The position numbers and the translations under genes are program-made. From assembly GCA_905178155.1 (NCBI GenBank), contig CAJINV010000013.1, forward strand, positions 858,344-922,343: a stretch of DNA of 64,000 nt. The letters are read 5' to 3'. Origin of the DNA: Amoebophrya sp. A120 (taxonomy: Eukaryota; Protista; Dinoflagellata). This document shows positions 38,301 to 49,959 of this stretch, one piece after another. The first letter of the stretch is position 1, and each line of letters opens with the position of its first letter. The notes under the pieces are model-generated. The model searched no databases. It was given only the letters and a program-made list of their open reading frames with translations, and had not been told where the DNA came from.

Positions 38301-41300
38301 GAAAAAATAGAGCACGCAGTAATGATTTGTGATGCGCGTTTTGTTTTTTTTACATCATGCAGCTTGATAATTTCCATGTCAATCCTCATGCACTTGCACT
38401 TGCACACGCACAGGAAAAGTGAAACTACACCAGCGCGTAAAGTTAGAAAATAAAACTAAAACCCAAATTTGATACCAGTTTTATTCGCTGTCGATTACGG
38501 GAACTCCGGGGTCTACGACTACGTGTGCGCCTTCCTGCACGGGGGCCACACGATCTTGGCTCTGTACGAAGAAGGGTGGTTTGATTTCGGGATCAACGTG
38601 ATCCTCCTCGACCCGGAAATCGACCAGCACGAGGCTACCAGAGAAACACGCGCTACTGCAAAAAAAAATTTGTAATGCAGCAAGAGCACTTGCTTGTTTG
38701 CATTTGTCCTGCAGAACATTTGCCATGCAAAAAGTGAAAAGGAAGTTTGTCATGCAGAAAAAACGACATGCAAAAATTTGTCATGCAGAAAAAACGACAC
38801 GCAAAGTATCCTGCTCTTGTGTGTCACCTTTGTTTTTGCAGTAGCAGATGTTTCATTCCATAGACGAGCTAATCTCCCAGTTTGTGCTCTTGAAAAACGA
38901 CGAACCCGTCGGAATGGCTCCGTCCTGGCTGGAAGTCATCAAGCGCACCGCGCGGGTACATATCTTTTCCGTTTCGAATTCGATCTGTATTTGCTCCTAG
39001 ACCTGCAGCTCCAACTCCATTCGTTGCTGCGTCTTCAGGTTCTGCTGGAGCTTGAGACTGATCTTCATAAGTTATATCTTCTGACTCCGCAATGCAAGTT
39101 TTACTTTTAATGTTCTTGCATGTGTGAGTGCGATTCAGATTTTCATTTTTGTGTTGCGTTTTGTTTTTCGCAATCTAATTTTCGAATAAAAAAATATCAG
39201 AACGACGAAGCCTACGCCGAACACGAAGAAAACCAAAAGGCCAAGGGAAGAGAACCCCGCCCCATGGAGGAATGGACCGAAGGCCAAGTGGGAAAAGAGT
39301 GGAAGGGGCAGGTGAAGACGTACAAGCAAACGGCGTGCACAATGGTGAAGAAGGGCTTGTTATGCATTGCAAAAAAGAAAAATATCGCGCCAGCAAGTGG
39401 GAACAAAAATAATGTCTTGTTTCTTTACTTACTAACAAGCCTGCAAATAAAAACTTCATTTGCAAACTTGTCATGCTGAAAAATTTTTGGTCTCTGTTGT
39501 AACTTGTCACGCGACTGCACCTGGTACTGGTGCGATACTTTTGAAAATGCATGATCGTGCTTTGAATGGACCCTGTTCGGAATCGCGATCAACACCCAAG
39601 TGCCGCGGCCCCGGGAGAAGGACGAGCACATGACGTTGTTCAGCTTCGCGCGCGTATATTTGAATTTTTAAACTTATCGCTGCTTCGTTTTCGTTATCGT
39701 TTTAAATTAAAGTTTACGGCTAGACTTTGGATTAGCATTGCAAAGTAAAAACGTTTTCTAAAAAAAAGACTGTCGCTGAGAGTCATGCTTTCGCCTTCCG
39801 ATCCGAATTCATTCAGAGATGAAAAAACAAAACGAACAACAGAGCAAGTTGATGCGCGTGGCCGTGTACGACGAAGAAACTCCGATGCGGAGTTTGCGTC
39901 TCGATATGCACTTTGCAATTTGGACCACGCTGCACTACGCTTGCGGGAAGACGGAGGACCAAGTCAACCTGCAGGAGGATGATCTGAAGCGGTTGCGGAA
40001 CCTGATCACATCCAACGTGCCGGCGCTGAAGTTTGAGGACTTGTCCGAGCAGGCGAAGACGAAGCGGGACCCGGCAGCGATGGAGCAACTGACTCCGGTC
40101 GCGCGGAAGGAAACCAGAAACAAAATCATCCAGCTGTTCCGCGCCATGAAGGCGTTGAAAAACTTCTACGCCGGGTTGAAGTCTTTGACTTTGGAACCGC
40201 AGCAGCAGGTGCAGGCTAAGGAGCTGATGGACAAAGCCGATCCCAAGACGTACGACCTGAGATTCAACGGAAGCTGGATCATCCCGCGGGACTACACCAA
40301 AACGACCCAAGAAATTGCGGACGAGAAGTTTCTGTTGAACGAGCTGCCGAAGCTGATGATGCAGATCCACCAGTTTACCGCCAACCGCTGCTCCGCGCTG
40401 ACCCTCACCGTGTGTCTGGCGGACAAGGAGTTTGACGAAACGCCCAGCCTCGCGAAGTTCATGTACGTCTGCGACCGCGAGCAGAACAGCTACTACGTGG
40501 AGAAGCTCACCGGTGCGGAACCGAAAGACGCGAAGGACCGGGTCGAAAAATCCGTGGAGAAGGACGTGCTCTTGTTGCCGTTGTACGCGAAGCACGACTG
40601 CTACGCCTTGGGCGAGACTGTGGATGTGCGATCCAACTGGGGTTCGAAGACCGGCAAGAAGACTTCTAACAAAAAGGGAAAGAAGCCGGAAGCGGAAGTG
40701 GAGGCGAAATTGCAGGTGCTACTCCTAGCCTAGTTTTTTTCTCTTCAGTTTGAATCTGACGAAACATATTTTGTTTTTCACTTCTTGTTCTTTTTCTTCG
40801 CATGACAAAATATTTTTTGATTTGAAAACGAAAAAGAAAATGAAGTCACGTGTGCGCGCGCGCCCGTGCGCGTGCGTACACGTGGGCGCGCGCGCGCATG
40901 CGCGCGTGCGTACACGTGCGTGCGCGCACACATGCGTGCGCGCGTACACACGCGTGCATGCGTGCGCGCGCCCGCATGCGCGTGCATGTGTGCGCGCGCA
41001 CGTGTGCATACGCGCGTACGTGCGCGCGCGCGCACATATACGCGCGTGCGTGTGTACGCGCGCCCGTGCGTGCACGCGCGCGTGCGTGTGCGCGCCCGTG
41101 TATGCGCGCGCACGTGCGCATGCACGTGTTGGTGTTCGTTTTCATTTTCAAGTCACAAAGAGCTGCGCTATGCGAAAAAGAAAAAGTGAAAACCAAAATT
41201 GTTTTGTCAGACTCGTTAATAATTTTCTACTGATATTTGCAAACTTGTGATGCAAAAACACAGGACCAAATTTACGACATTGTCATGTGACTACGCATGA

Positions 41301-44300
41301 CAAACATGAAAAAAAAATCAGGTCAAAGAAGGGCAGGGCGCCGAAGCGGAGGAAACTGCCGATCAGAAAAAGTCCCGCGAAAAGCGTGAGCAGGTGCTGA
41401 AGACGGATCCGAAGAAGGCCAGCTTGGAGTACTTGAAGCAGAAGCCGTGGAAGTCCCCGCTGTGGTGCTCCGTCGTGCCCAGCGAGTACGCGTCGCAGAC
41501 CGAGGGGGAGATGCAGCGAAACCAGGAACGGGTACCGCGCTTGCGTATTTTGGTGAAGCCGGACGTCTCCACGTACAAACCCCCGACCGCCGACGGAGAG
41601 GAATTTCAGCTGGACACCCTGTTTTACTACCCCCAGAAGAAGAACTTCGGCGGTAGCTGGGACTTTCAGGACGACCTCACCCACTCGCTCGGGTTGTCGT
41701 AAGATTTGTTTTTTTTTGAAAAAGTTTGCCTTTACTTTTTTCACAGCATCACAAATGCAAAAAAATTGCGAGTAAATCTCAAATGCCACCGCATGACAGA
41801 TGCAACATGAAAACGACACTCATTTGCATCCATCGCGATGCAAGAATCTTCATGGCCATTGCAATTGCTGGCTCACCGCATGACAAACGACAAACAATTA
41901 ATCACATCAGGCATGTGGCCTATTTTTGGAAACCGGCCGACAACAATAAAGTCGACCGCTTGACCGTGATCTCGTGGAAGACCTGTGAAATCCCCTTCCA
42001 TGGGCGGGATGGCAAGAAGACCAAGATCACTTTCCAGGTCCCGGTGGAGGCGTCGGTTAAATCCAGTGGAAACCCAAAAAAGGTGAAGCAGGACGAGATC
42101 CTGTGCTGAGCCCCAAGAAAGAGAAACTAGGATCAAGATGCACGGTCACGGTGGACGGAAATTAAAACTAGTAAACAGGTAAGCCTTGCAGATTTTTTGT
42201 TAGTCTTAGTTTTAAAAAGCAGCCGAAGCTTTGGAACATCTTGCACAGAGCCGTGCGACTTCTCGCTGCGTTCAAAATTTTTTTGGTTTTGTAGCGGCTT
42301 CGTTCCGGTCGTGAAATAGGCACTCATACTCAAAGCCAGGCCCAGTTGTTAGCTCAAACTAACTACGACCCCAAATCCAAAAGCAACACAAATTCCAAAA
42401 AGTACGCAGGTAGTCGCAACAGCACTACGGCCATGAAGGTACACCGCGACGGTCTTGCTCTTCGTGGTTTCAAGATTCTCCTTTTCAACATGAACATCAA
42501 AAAAGCTACTACAAAAGCGAACTGCTCTTCAACGACGAATGCAAGCGATCGACCATTTTTACTACCGACTGCGGCTGCGCGGTCTTGGTTGCGTTCTTCT
42601 TTTTGGAAGCAAAGGCGCGGAAGGGCGATGGCGGTTGAACGGTGGGAAATGCCATGCAACCTGGGAGAAGAAGTTTCCAACTTTCGCAAAGCTGCAGCTC
42701 GCAGCTTTACTGTCGATCTAGAATCAAAAAAAATCTGAAGCTCACAATTTACATTAACGTTTCGAATTTTTCCGTTCGCGATAGATTTCAGTTTTCAGTT
42801 TGAATCTCAGGAAGCAAAGCCTTCAAAGCAAAAACTATTGTCGACTGGTCGAGCACGGGCTCCACATCGCCGACCTAGATTTTGATTTACGTTTACATTT
42901 AGGTTTATCTCTACCGCTATTGTCAGGCTAGATTTATGTTTATCATCGGCGTACTCAGAGTCAGACTCAGAGTCTAAATTTCGAGCGTCAGCATCTCGGT
43001 TGTTTGTCAGCAGCGGCATGTTTGGCCTTTAGGTCTAAGCATGGCTGTGTGCTTTTTCATTTTCTTTTTCGCTTTATCGAAAAAACAAAAATTAAAACTA
43101 AAACTCAGGGTCAGAGCAACCCACTCACTTTCGTTTCCACCTCCGGGTGTAGTCATGCGACGGCTACTTTCCAATCATCAGGCCCTACTAGTACAAGTAC
43201 TAGACCTAGAACTAACTCTAACAGAGGCAAAACTAAAACAAAAACTAAAAGCTTCAGGAAAGCAGTAACTTTGCCCCAAGCTGAAGAGCAAAGGCAGAAC
43301 AAAATCAAAAAGAAAAAGCGAATGCGAGAGATTAAAAGACACAAATCAGAAGCCATTCTTTGCACCTCTTCCTGCATTTTCCACTACTAGAAGTTTCGAT
43401 TTAACTTTTCGACTTTCATTTTCATTCTTCGCGAAGACTGAAGTAGAGGCGCAGCTCCAGCTTCACCAATTGCGATTCGGATGTACTTTTTCTTCGACGT
43501 GGTTCGAAGATTTTGACTTTCTCGACCTTGCAGCTCAGCTGATAAATTTTAAGTGTCGACCTGTACCTGTAGAATCTCGAAACCGAAAAACAAAAACCAA
43601 AAAAAAGGCCGCGCTATCTCGATGCAATGAGATTGAGAACGACATGAAGACGCTCGCCCTCGTGATCGCCTGTCAGTTTCTGAAAAAGCTGAAACTGGGC
43701 TGGAGATCGATGGATGAATAACGTGAGGTCGCAAAGGAGATCAGACTGCGGCTAGAACTAGATCCAAAAAAAAGAAAAGCCGAAGTTCCGCCAAAGACTA
43801 CAAGTTGATCGCCTGGATCCAAAGGAGGCCAGCGCTCAGTTCTGAGGGGTCTAGCAGATCAAGCGAAGAAAAAAACTTCGCCTGTTTCCACGCAAAAAGC
43901 ATTCAGCTTCTGGATCTCCTTGCACTCTGAGTTTCAATTTTTGAAGTTTTCATCAGAGTTTTTTCTTTTTCGCTTTCAAACTTTCAGGGACCTAATCTAC
44001 TCTTATTTGTGCTTGTAGCTCGTTATCATTTCCATCTGAGTTTACTGTAGCTCGTCGCTTCCATCCACAGCAAGGTAGTTGTCCTTCCGTCTGAATTTAC
44101 TTTTTTTCTTTTCCCTCGAACCTGATCTCGGGCAGCGTAACTTCGATTCCGATCTCTACGCTTACTTTCTTTTTTTGCAAAAGCAAAAAAAAAAAACAAC
44201 ATCAAGATGTCGGACCAGAAAGCGAAACTGGTGAAGCTGGGCCCGAAGTGTGCCGTCGACGACGACGAGCACGAGGATGGCCCGCCGCCGGGAGGTGTGC

Positions 44301-47300
44301 GGTTTAGAAATATTGTTGGGGCAACGCGGGCGGAAATGGAAGAACTGCACAAAGACGAAATCAACCAATGGACGGCGGACAAAAAATACCCAGGACACAT
44401 GAAATGCATGATGTTCCTGGATGATGTTGACGAAGGTGCCCCCGGAACCGGATGCACCCAGGCGGAGATGTGGGTACTAATGCTGGCGCTTTTGTTTTTT
44501 ATTTTTTGTTTTGCATTCAGAGGGATTAGGATTTTCATTTTGCGTTTTCGAGTCGAAGTCTAAATTTGAAATTTCAAACCTAACAGTGGGATCAAACCGA
44601 GAAGGAGGAGAACTTCGTGGACAGCATTTTTGGGATGATCCGGGGCCAGACCAAGCGGCGAAGCGGGACAGAAGAAGTGGATGCGTCGGGGATGACGAAA
44701 CAGGAGCAGCTGGAAATCATCAACATGATCTTCAACATGGCGGAATCTGATGATAACGCGGCCTGGGCGAAGGCTTTTTTGGTGGACGAGGCGACCGGTG
44801 GCGCTTACGGATCCGCTTCTTCTTCTTCTTCGACTGGTTCCGGAATCACTCCTGGTGGAGCTTCTTCTTCTTCGCGCCCGAACAACGAACAGATGGAAGA
44901 AAAAACGAACGATGACGATGCGAGCGAGGAGATGGAGGTGGAGGCGGAGAGCACCCCGACCACCAAGGCCGGGAAAAAGAAGAAGAAGCAAAAGGCCAAG
45001 AAGTAAACATCTTTCACCTGTTCAGCGCGTCGAGCTCGAACTGAAAAACGTCGGAATCAGCTCGAGCTGAACAACTTCTACATCTTCAACTTCTAACTCT
45101 ACTGCTAAAGCAAGAAGCTCAGATTTTTGATGACGCGAATGGCAACGAGAAACAAGCACAAGTAGATGAAAAAAAAACGACAACGAAATGCAGCCGAAGC
45201 TGTGAAATTTTTTATGGGTGTGCTCGGCGCTCCCTTCGGTGTCTTTCTCCTTCGATGATGGGTGTCATTGGTCTGACGATGGTTCATCGCGTCCTGCGAC
45301 ATTGCCCCGACCACTCTGACCTTCCACTGAAGCCGGCGCAGAAATGGAATGCAACAGTCGTCAGGACCGACGTCGTTATATAAATTCAGGGGCGTGGGCA
45401 TCCTTCTAAACACCCACTTTTCGCATGCCAAAGTTCAACATCAGGATCAAAATCGTATTAAGAAAAAGTGGCAAATCGGTTCAAAAAAAATAGAAGTGAA
45501 GACGTTCACGAACAAAGATAATCATGCCAATTTTCATAGTTATAAAAATTGATAGTATTTCAAAGGGTAGTGGTTCACTTATAAAATGAGGAAAGCTGAA
45601 GGCTTGTCCCACCATAAATCGTTGCGCATTGGCTTGGTGCGCGTTTGGAATCCCATGCGTGTACAATTACAACCAATATAGATTGCAATATCATTTTCGA
45701 TCGCGACAGGCTCTCAAGCAATTGCAATCGTTGCCGTCCGTGGACAAAGTATTGCAGTCGACCCCGGGGCTACTCCTTTCTACGCAGGCTCGCGTGGTTG
45801 CCAGCGGTATGCTCGCGCTGGGCCGCATAGCAGTCAAGGATGGATGGAGAAGTTTGCCCGATGATGTGGTCATCGATGCTGCAACATTCGCTGTCGTTTT
45901 GCCTCCCTTCGCAACAGACTTTTGCCAAGTCTTGTTTACGGTATTTGCAATATCGTTGGAGTGTGTCTGGTGTAAGGTAAATTAGGGGAAGAATGTGTTG
46001 GCATAGATGTTTTAGTTTAAAAGGAAAGAAGGAAAAAAAAAAACTTCTCCCAGCAACTGCAAGCATACGGAGAGAAGCGCGATCGTCTTGCTCGGCCAAT
46101 TGAGGCCTGGGATCCCACGACGAAGACCGCGTTGAGTTTCAAGGACGTCCAGTGCAAGGACTTGAGGAGCATCCGCTTAGTATCGCTGAAGCTGCGGCTG
46201 CATCTCGTCCAACTCTTCGGGACGCACGCCCCCCACGCCATGACCGACTACTTACACTACAATTTGCGGCGCACGATAAAAGCGCTAGTAATGAACGCCC
46301 CGAAGATAGCGCTGTTGGACAAGTCGGAGATAGAACACAAGTGGCCGCTCAAGTTTCACGGCGCGCGCGGGCGATACGCCGAAGCGGCGCGGTCAGCAGT
46401 GCAGAAGGCGGAAAGCGCCAAAAGTGACGCTTTCAAGAGACAACTGGAAGAGGCGCAGCGGTCGCGCAATCATCTCGAGTTACAACTCGCGCAGGAACAA
46501 AAAGAAACCGCAGCGCACAAGCAGCTTGCTCGGGCTCTGGAACAGGAGAAAGGGGATCAAAGTAATGAAGTGGCGGCGTTACGCCTAGCGAGTGCCGAAA
46601 TGGTCCAGGCGAGAGCCAAGGCCGAGGCAGCAGCTGCTGAACGTGAGACGCGTTACAGAACACAACTGCACGAGGAAAATCCCAAACAGAATTCCACTCG
46701 TCGACTCAGTCTCCCTGCAAACTTCTTCGACGATAGGAACGCGTCGCCGAGAGGGAGATCGGAACCATCATCCGATAGCTCCGAAGTACGCCCAGTTTAC
46801 TTCGGATACCGCAGTAGGGAGAAGGATCGGCCGGATGATAGCAGGCCAGTGAAAAGGCGGCACACCGCGGACCACACGGACCTGGTAGACGCCACCGCGA
46901 AGTTTACTAACTTCACGCTTGAAGGACTTCCCCGGAACAGGGCGAGTGGCAGAGCTGACACATCTCCGTCCCCCAACCAGCGGGCTGCTTCTTCCCCCCT
47001 GATGTACGCAGCGATAGGGGATGGTAACCCTTACGCAACCGCCGCCCTGCTCGCGAACGCCTCCCAAAGTGCGCACGCCGATCACACCATGGATGCTGGA
47101 GCATACCTGGACGCCGCACACCACCCAGTGGAGGATAAAATTGATTCCAGGCCATCTAGTCGAGTCTCATTTGGTGAATGCGGGGCAGAAAATCTCAGCA
47201 AGAGCGTTCCGTGTTTTGCAGCGGAAGGTGCTCAAATTTGCAGAGCTCGCGCGGGTCAGGAACAAGGACGGCAAATGAAGACTTTTCTTATAGCAATAAG

Positions 47301-49256
47301 TTCATGAGAGAATAATTAATATATAAAAGGTTCTGGCACGCGGTTAGAAATAAGCGGGAGAGCATGACCACCACGAATGGCTGAGGCTTCGACGTGGTAA
47401 CATCGATAAATTCTCTCTCTCTCATTGGCTCAGGTTTGTTGTCGGATACGCTTTTACCACCACGCGATCTTCTTTGGGCTCTCGGTCAACGAGCAGTACA
47501 AATTGATCTCATCAGTTTAGACGAGGAATCTGATCTGCTGCAATGGGCCCGGGCCTTTACGACGCTCGCCGCGAATAAACTTTTGACCAAGTCGGCTTGG
47601 AACAAAGCGGTCGAAGACCCATCGCGTGTTCCGAAAAAGACGGAGGCGCTGGCGTGGCCGTTTGGATATCTAGTGGCGGAGCAATCTGCTGCCTTAGAGC
47701 TGCTCGAGGGCTTGCTGGCAAAAACGGCTTCAGTCGAGTCGACGCAAGTCACTATGCTCTTCAACCAGGCGGCTTCGTCGGTGCAGACGCTCCAGGTAAT
47801 GACGCTAATGTTGTAGTGCGTCGCATTATCATAACCTAGATTAGCGCGACCATTTCCGCATGCATTTCATGAACAAGCGAAGTCTCAGTGCATTTGAAAT
47901 AAAAACACAGGCACAGACTCGCAAGGTCGCCAAAATAGTAAAAAGGCGCAAGACAGTCAGACCGCATGACCTGCAGTCAGTGACTAACACGACCGAGGAT
48001 GCGGCGAAGATAGTGCTCGGAGAGTACCGCCACACTTCTCTACTGCTGGCACCATACACGTTAGCCGATTTATGGCGCGAGCCGCGGGAGAGCACATTTG
48101 AGTTGTGCGCATCGTTGAAAGAGCGAATCCGCGCGCGGCACGTGAGCGACTCGTTCCTGCAGAAGGACGCTGCAAAAGGTTTTGTGTTGTATTTCGACTA
48201 CCTCCAGAACATTCAGGCGAAAGTCGTCGCGTCCAATAAAGAGAAAGCCAAACCCGAGAAGGATCGGAGCCCCGCGTTGATTTTCAAGGAGCCAAGCTTG
48301 GATGAGTTTGTTGCAGGTACGAGTGCGCAGCTTTAGACTGCGTTTTGCATGCGGAGTCAGAAGCTTAATTGATACTTGGCTACGCATAAGCAGCTTGTCA
48401 AGCATTCACATAAAAAACGTACATGATATCAGGTGTAGCAGACTTGCATCGGATTGCCGAAGAGTGGTCCGAGGAGGCTGTGGCTGCCGCAGAACGGTTG
48501 AAAACCAGCAAGGGAATCCCCAGCGGGGGAGTAAGAGCGATCGCAGCCAAAGGTAGTAATCGAGTGCGCGCTGCGGCCACAACCAAAGGTGCGAAATCGC
48601 AGGAGGTAGTGCCGAACCGTAGTCGCAGGAACTCGGACGATAACGCACCGCGAGGAGGCAAGCGGAGCAGCAGTAAAAAAGGAAGTACGGGGAAGGACAC
48701 TTGGCGTCGGTCATCGTCAGCGGATAGCTGGGGTTTCCGCCAGGGAGGAGCTGGCTCGTGGGAGCAAGGCGCGGGCTACTATCGTGCAGACCCCTTTTAC
48801 GCCCCCGACCACTACCACTACCAGCAGCAGCAAGGGTTCGGCAGTCACCCGTACGCTGCGTACGATCCGAACGTCGCGGGAGCGCCGAAGGGCCAGTTCG
48901 GGTCCCCCACGCCGCCTCCGTTCGGAAGTGGCACCAAGGGCGATTTCAAGGGCAAGAAAGGCAAAAACAAGTACGGTAAGAACGACTGGAACCCGTCCAA
49001 GGATGGCAAGGGCGACCGCAAGCCACCGGGCTCGCGCATCACAGAACGCAGGGCGAAATTAGTAGTAGCTTATAAGAGCAAAGCAACTGAGGAAGAGCTG
49101 CGTAAAGACACTAAGTTGTGTGCTTTCCTGTGTTGTTCTCTCAACAAAGTTAAGTTAGACTCGGGCGAGGAAGTGTATTGCCCCGCCACGGACGCGGAAT
49201 GCACCCGCGATCATCCATACTCCAAGCAAAAGAGCGCAGAGCTTCATAAAAGATAA
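26361..49256 (+). CDS. ORF1 (gag-position protein) of the YR retrotransposon, ~1216 aa, split by 5 GT-AG introns and two nested transposons
   Basis: Segments 26361-27025, 28839-28845, 45710-45976, 46054-47173, 47434-47795, 47911-48316 and 48433-49256 total 3651 nt, and every junction is phase-compatible (e.g. EWNVFAE|ALKQLQ). Central coiled coil, G/K-rich region and C-terminal C/H cluster (CAFLCC...C..CTRDH). Confidence 0.75.
27029..28827. mobile_element. 1.8-kb non-autonomous fold-back TIR element
   Basis: ~93-bp TIR starting TATGGTGGGGGCGAGAGGCATG (the right copy has a 13-nt duplication), containing a palindrome with 25-bp arms. AATGTCTT is repeated at 27018-27025 and 28831-28838, each 3 nt outside the TIR. 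Confidence 0.93.
27193..27410. repeat. 60-bp tandem repeat (~3.6 copies; more copies at 28418-28530)
   Basis: CATTGATG at 27193, 27253, 27313 and 27373. The unit contains TCATACATTGCAAATTGGATACATCAATGT. Confidence 0.9.
30185..36720 (+). CDS. hAT-like DDE transposase, ~1843 aa, 3 exons
   Basis: Exons 30185-31862, 32180-32849 and 33537-36720 (5532 nt, in frame). Motifs in hAT order: CSPDAT (D1), VTSDSGS|DVKKG (D2), CQLH (CxxH), RTRWLS (TRW), ASSQIAESLNS (E). Long low-complexity N- and C-terminal extensions. Confidence 0.8.
32850..33530. mobile_element. GC-rich TIR insertion / non-canonical intron in the transposase
   Basis: Direct repeat ATCGGA (32844-32849, 33531-33536). TIR TCAGCTGGAGCCG / TCGGTCGGAGCCG. 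Internal 12-bp array AATTAGCAAGSA x~10 at 33274-33392. Removal restores SDSGSDVKKG. Confidence 0.85.
36036..36330. repeat. GC-rich hexamer / alternating purine-pyrimidine tract inside the transposase ORF
   Basis: GCGCAG/GCGGGC/GCGCAC units encoding AGAQAGAQAHVHAH. No stops. Confidence 0.85.
37913..42109 (+). CDS. Cargo gene, ~741 aa, N-terminal ParB/Srx-like domain, 8 exons
   Basis: Exons 37913-38192, 38479-38633, 38869-38955, 39201-39360, 39559-39653, 39843-40715, 41322-41698 and 41911-42109 total 2226 nt in frame. Pattern IEIPLTEV..HPQNR.TNPDNLKTLKHAMKNKG..VVLFAV..FLHGGHTILAL..INVILLD..LLKNDEP..PSWLE follows the ParB N-terminal fold. The gene model is more certain than the domain call. Confidence 0.7.
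38634..38868. mobile_element. Introner-derived GC-AG intron
   Basis: Inverted repeat GAAACACGCGCTACTGCAAAAA / GAAACATCTGCTACTGCAAAAA near the ends. Direct repeat ACGAG. Removal gives DQHE|LISQF. Confidence 0.75.
39361..39553. mobile_element. Degenerate introner-like element
   Basis: TATGCATTGCAAAAAAG / rc CATGCATTTTCAAAAG. Decayed direct repeat CTTGT/ATCGT. Removing 39361-39558 gives KKGL|CFEWTLFG. Confidence 0.7.
40848..41128. repeat. ~280-bp alternating purine-pyrimidine (CG/CA/TG) tract in an intron
   Basis: Almost uninterrupted RY alternation. Accounts for the spurious ARAHV-type ORFs on both strands. Confidence 0.92.
44207..45006 (+). CDS. Third gene of the hAT-like element, hypothetical acidic protein with basic tail
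   Basis: ORFs 44207 and 44617 join in frame (QAEM|WDQTEK) by removing 116 nt between GTGGG repeats (44470-44474, 44586-44590). No GT-AG solution at this junction. Ends KKKKKQKAKK (NLS-like). Confidence 0.7.
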
Positions 49257-49959
49257 CTCCAAGAAAGAATGTGAAAAATAAATAATATATTATTTGGAAA
49301 CGTGCCGCAGAATGCAGTGCGTCACGGGTGGGCTCCCAAGCTGTAAATCCCCAGATCTTATCAGACTTTAGAGCTCTGTTTGTTTCGAACTGTATTTCTA
49401 CAGAGCTACTTTTGATCTGCGCCTTCTTGTTGTTACACTGTAAAAAGCAAGACCGCGACTGTTACACAAAATATCTGACGGCGAGCTAGGCTACCACATG
49501 CCAGCTACGCACAAGCCACAGTCGGTGTTCTTATGTGCGCCACTCATGGGGGCTCGTAAACAACGCAGTACGGATTCGAGTCCAGTCGTCGCTCCAGGTC
49601 GTGCAAGCCAGCAATATTCGTGCGCCAAAAAATATTCACGAAAGTGTCCCTCAATTCGTCGGGTTCTTCTTCTCCGCATTACTCGGCGCCTCGCCATCGT
49701 ACGGCAATTCGTCGCGAACTATCGCTAAGTCGTAAGTGCGAGGCTCTTCGTCATACTCGTGACCAGTAAAGCTTATTCTCACCAGCATCACATACAAAAA
49801 CCTACCCGCAAAGCAGAGCACTCAGACCCTTTTTGGTAAGTAATTTTTTTTCAAATCTGGATCCCGCAGTCAACGAGACCAAGTTGCCGCCAGCGTTTTG
49901 CTTTTTCCAAAAAGCAAACGGGAGTGTCGTTGTGCGTATATGTAAATGTCCTGCCGAAC

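Larger units (their letters stand above)
28882..45616 (+). mobile_element. 16.7-kb hAT-like DNA transposon with cargo genes
   Basis: ~85-bp TIRs: TATGGTGGGACAAACCTTCACCCTTTCCTCATTTTATAAGTGAACCACTACCCTT... at 28882 and its near-identical reverse complement ending at 45616. Flanks AGTCGTTG (28874-28881) and AATCGTTG (45617-45624) form an 8-bp TSD with one mismatch. Encloses a DDE transposase. Confidence 0.92.

Noticed and set aside
40725-41250. Several long ORFs rich in A/R/H/V/C
   Set aside because: Artefacts of a stop-free RY tract within an intron.
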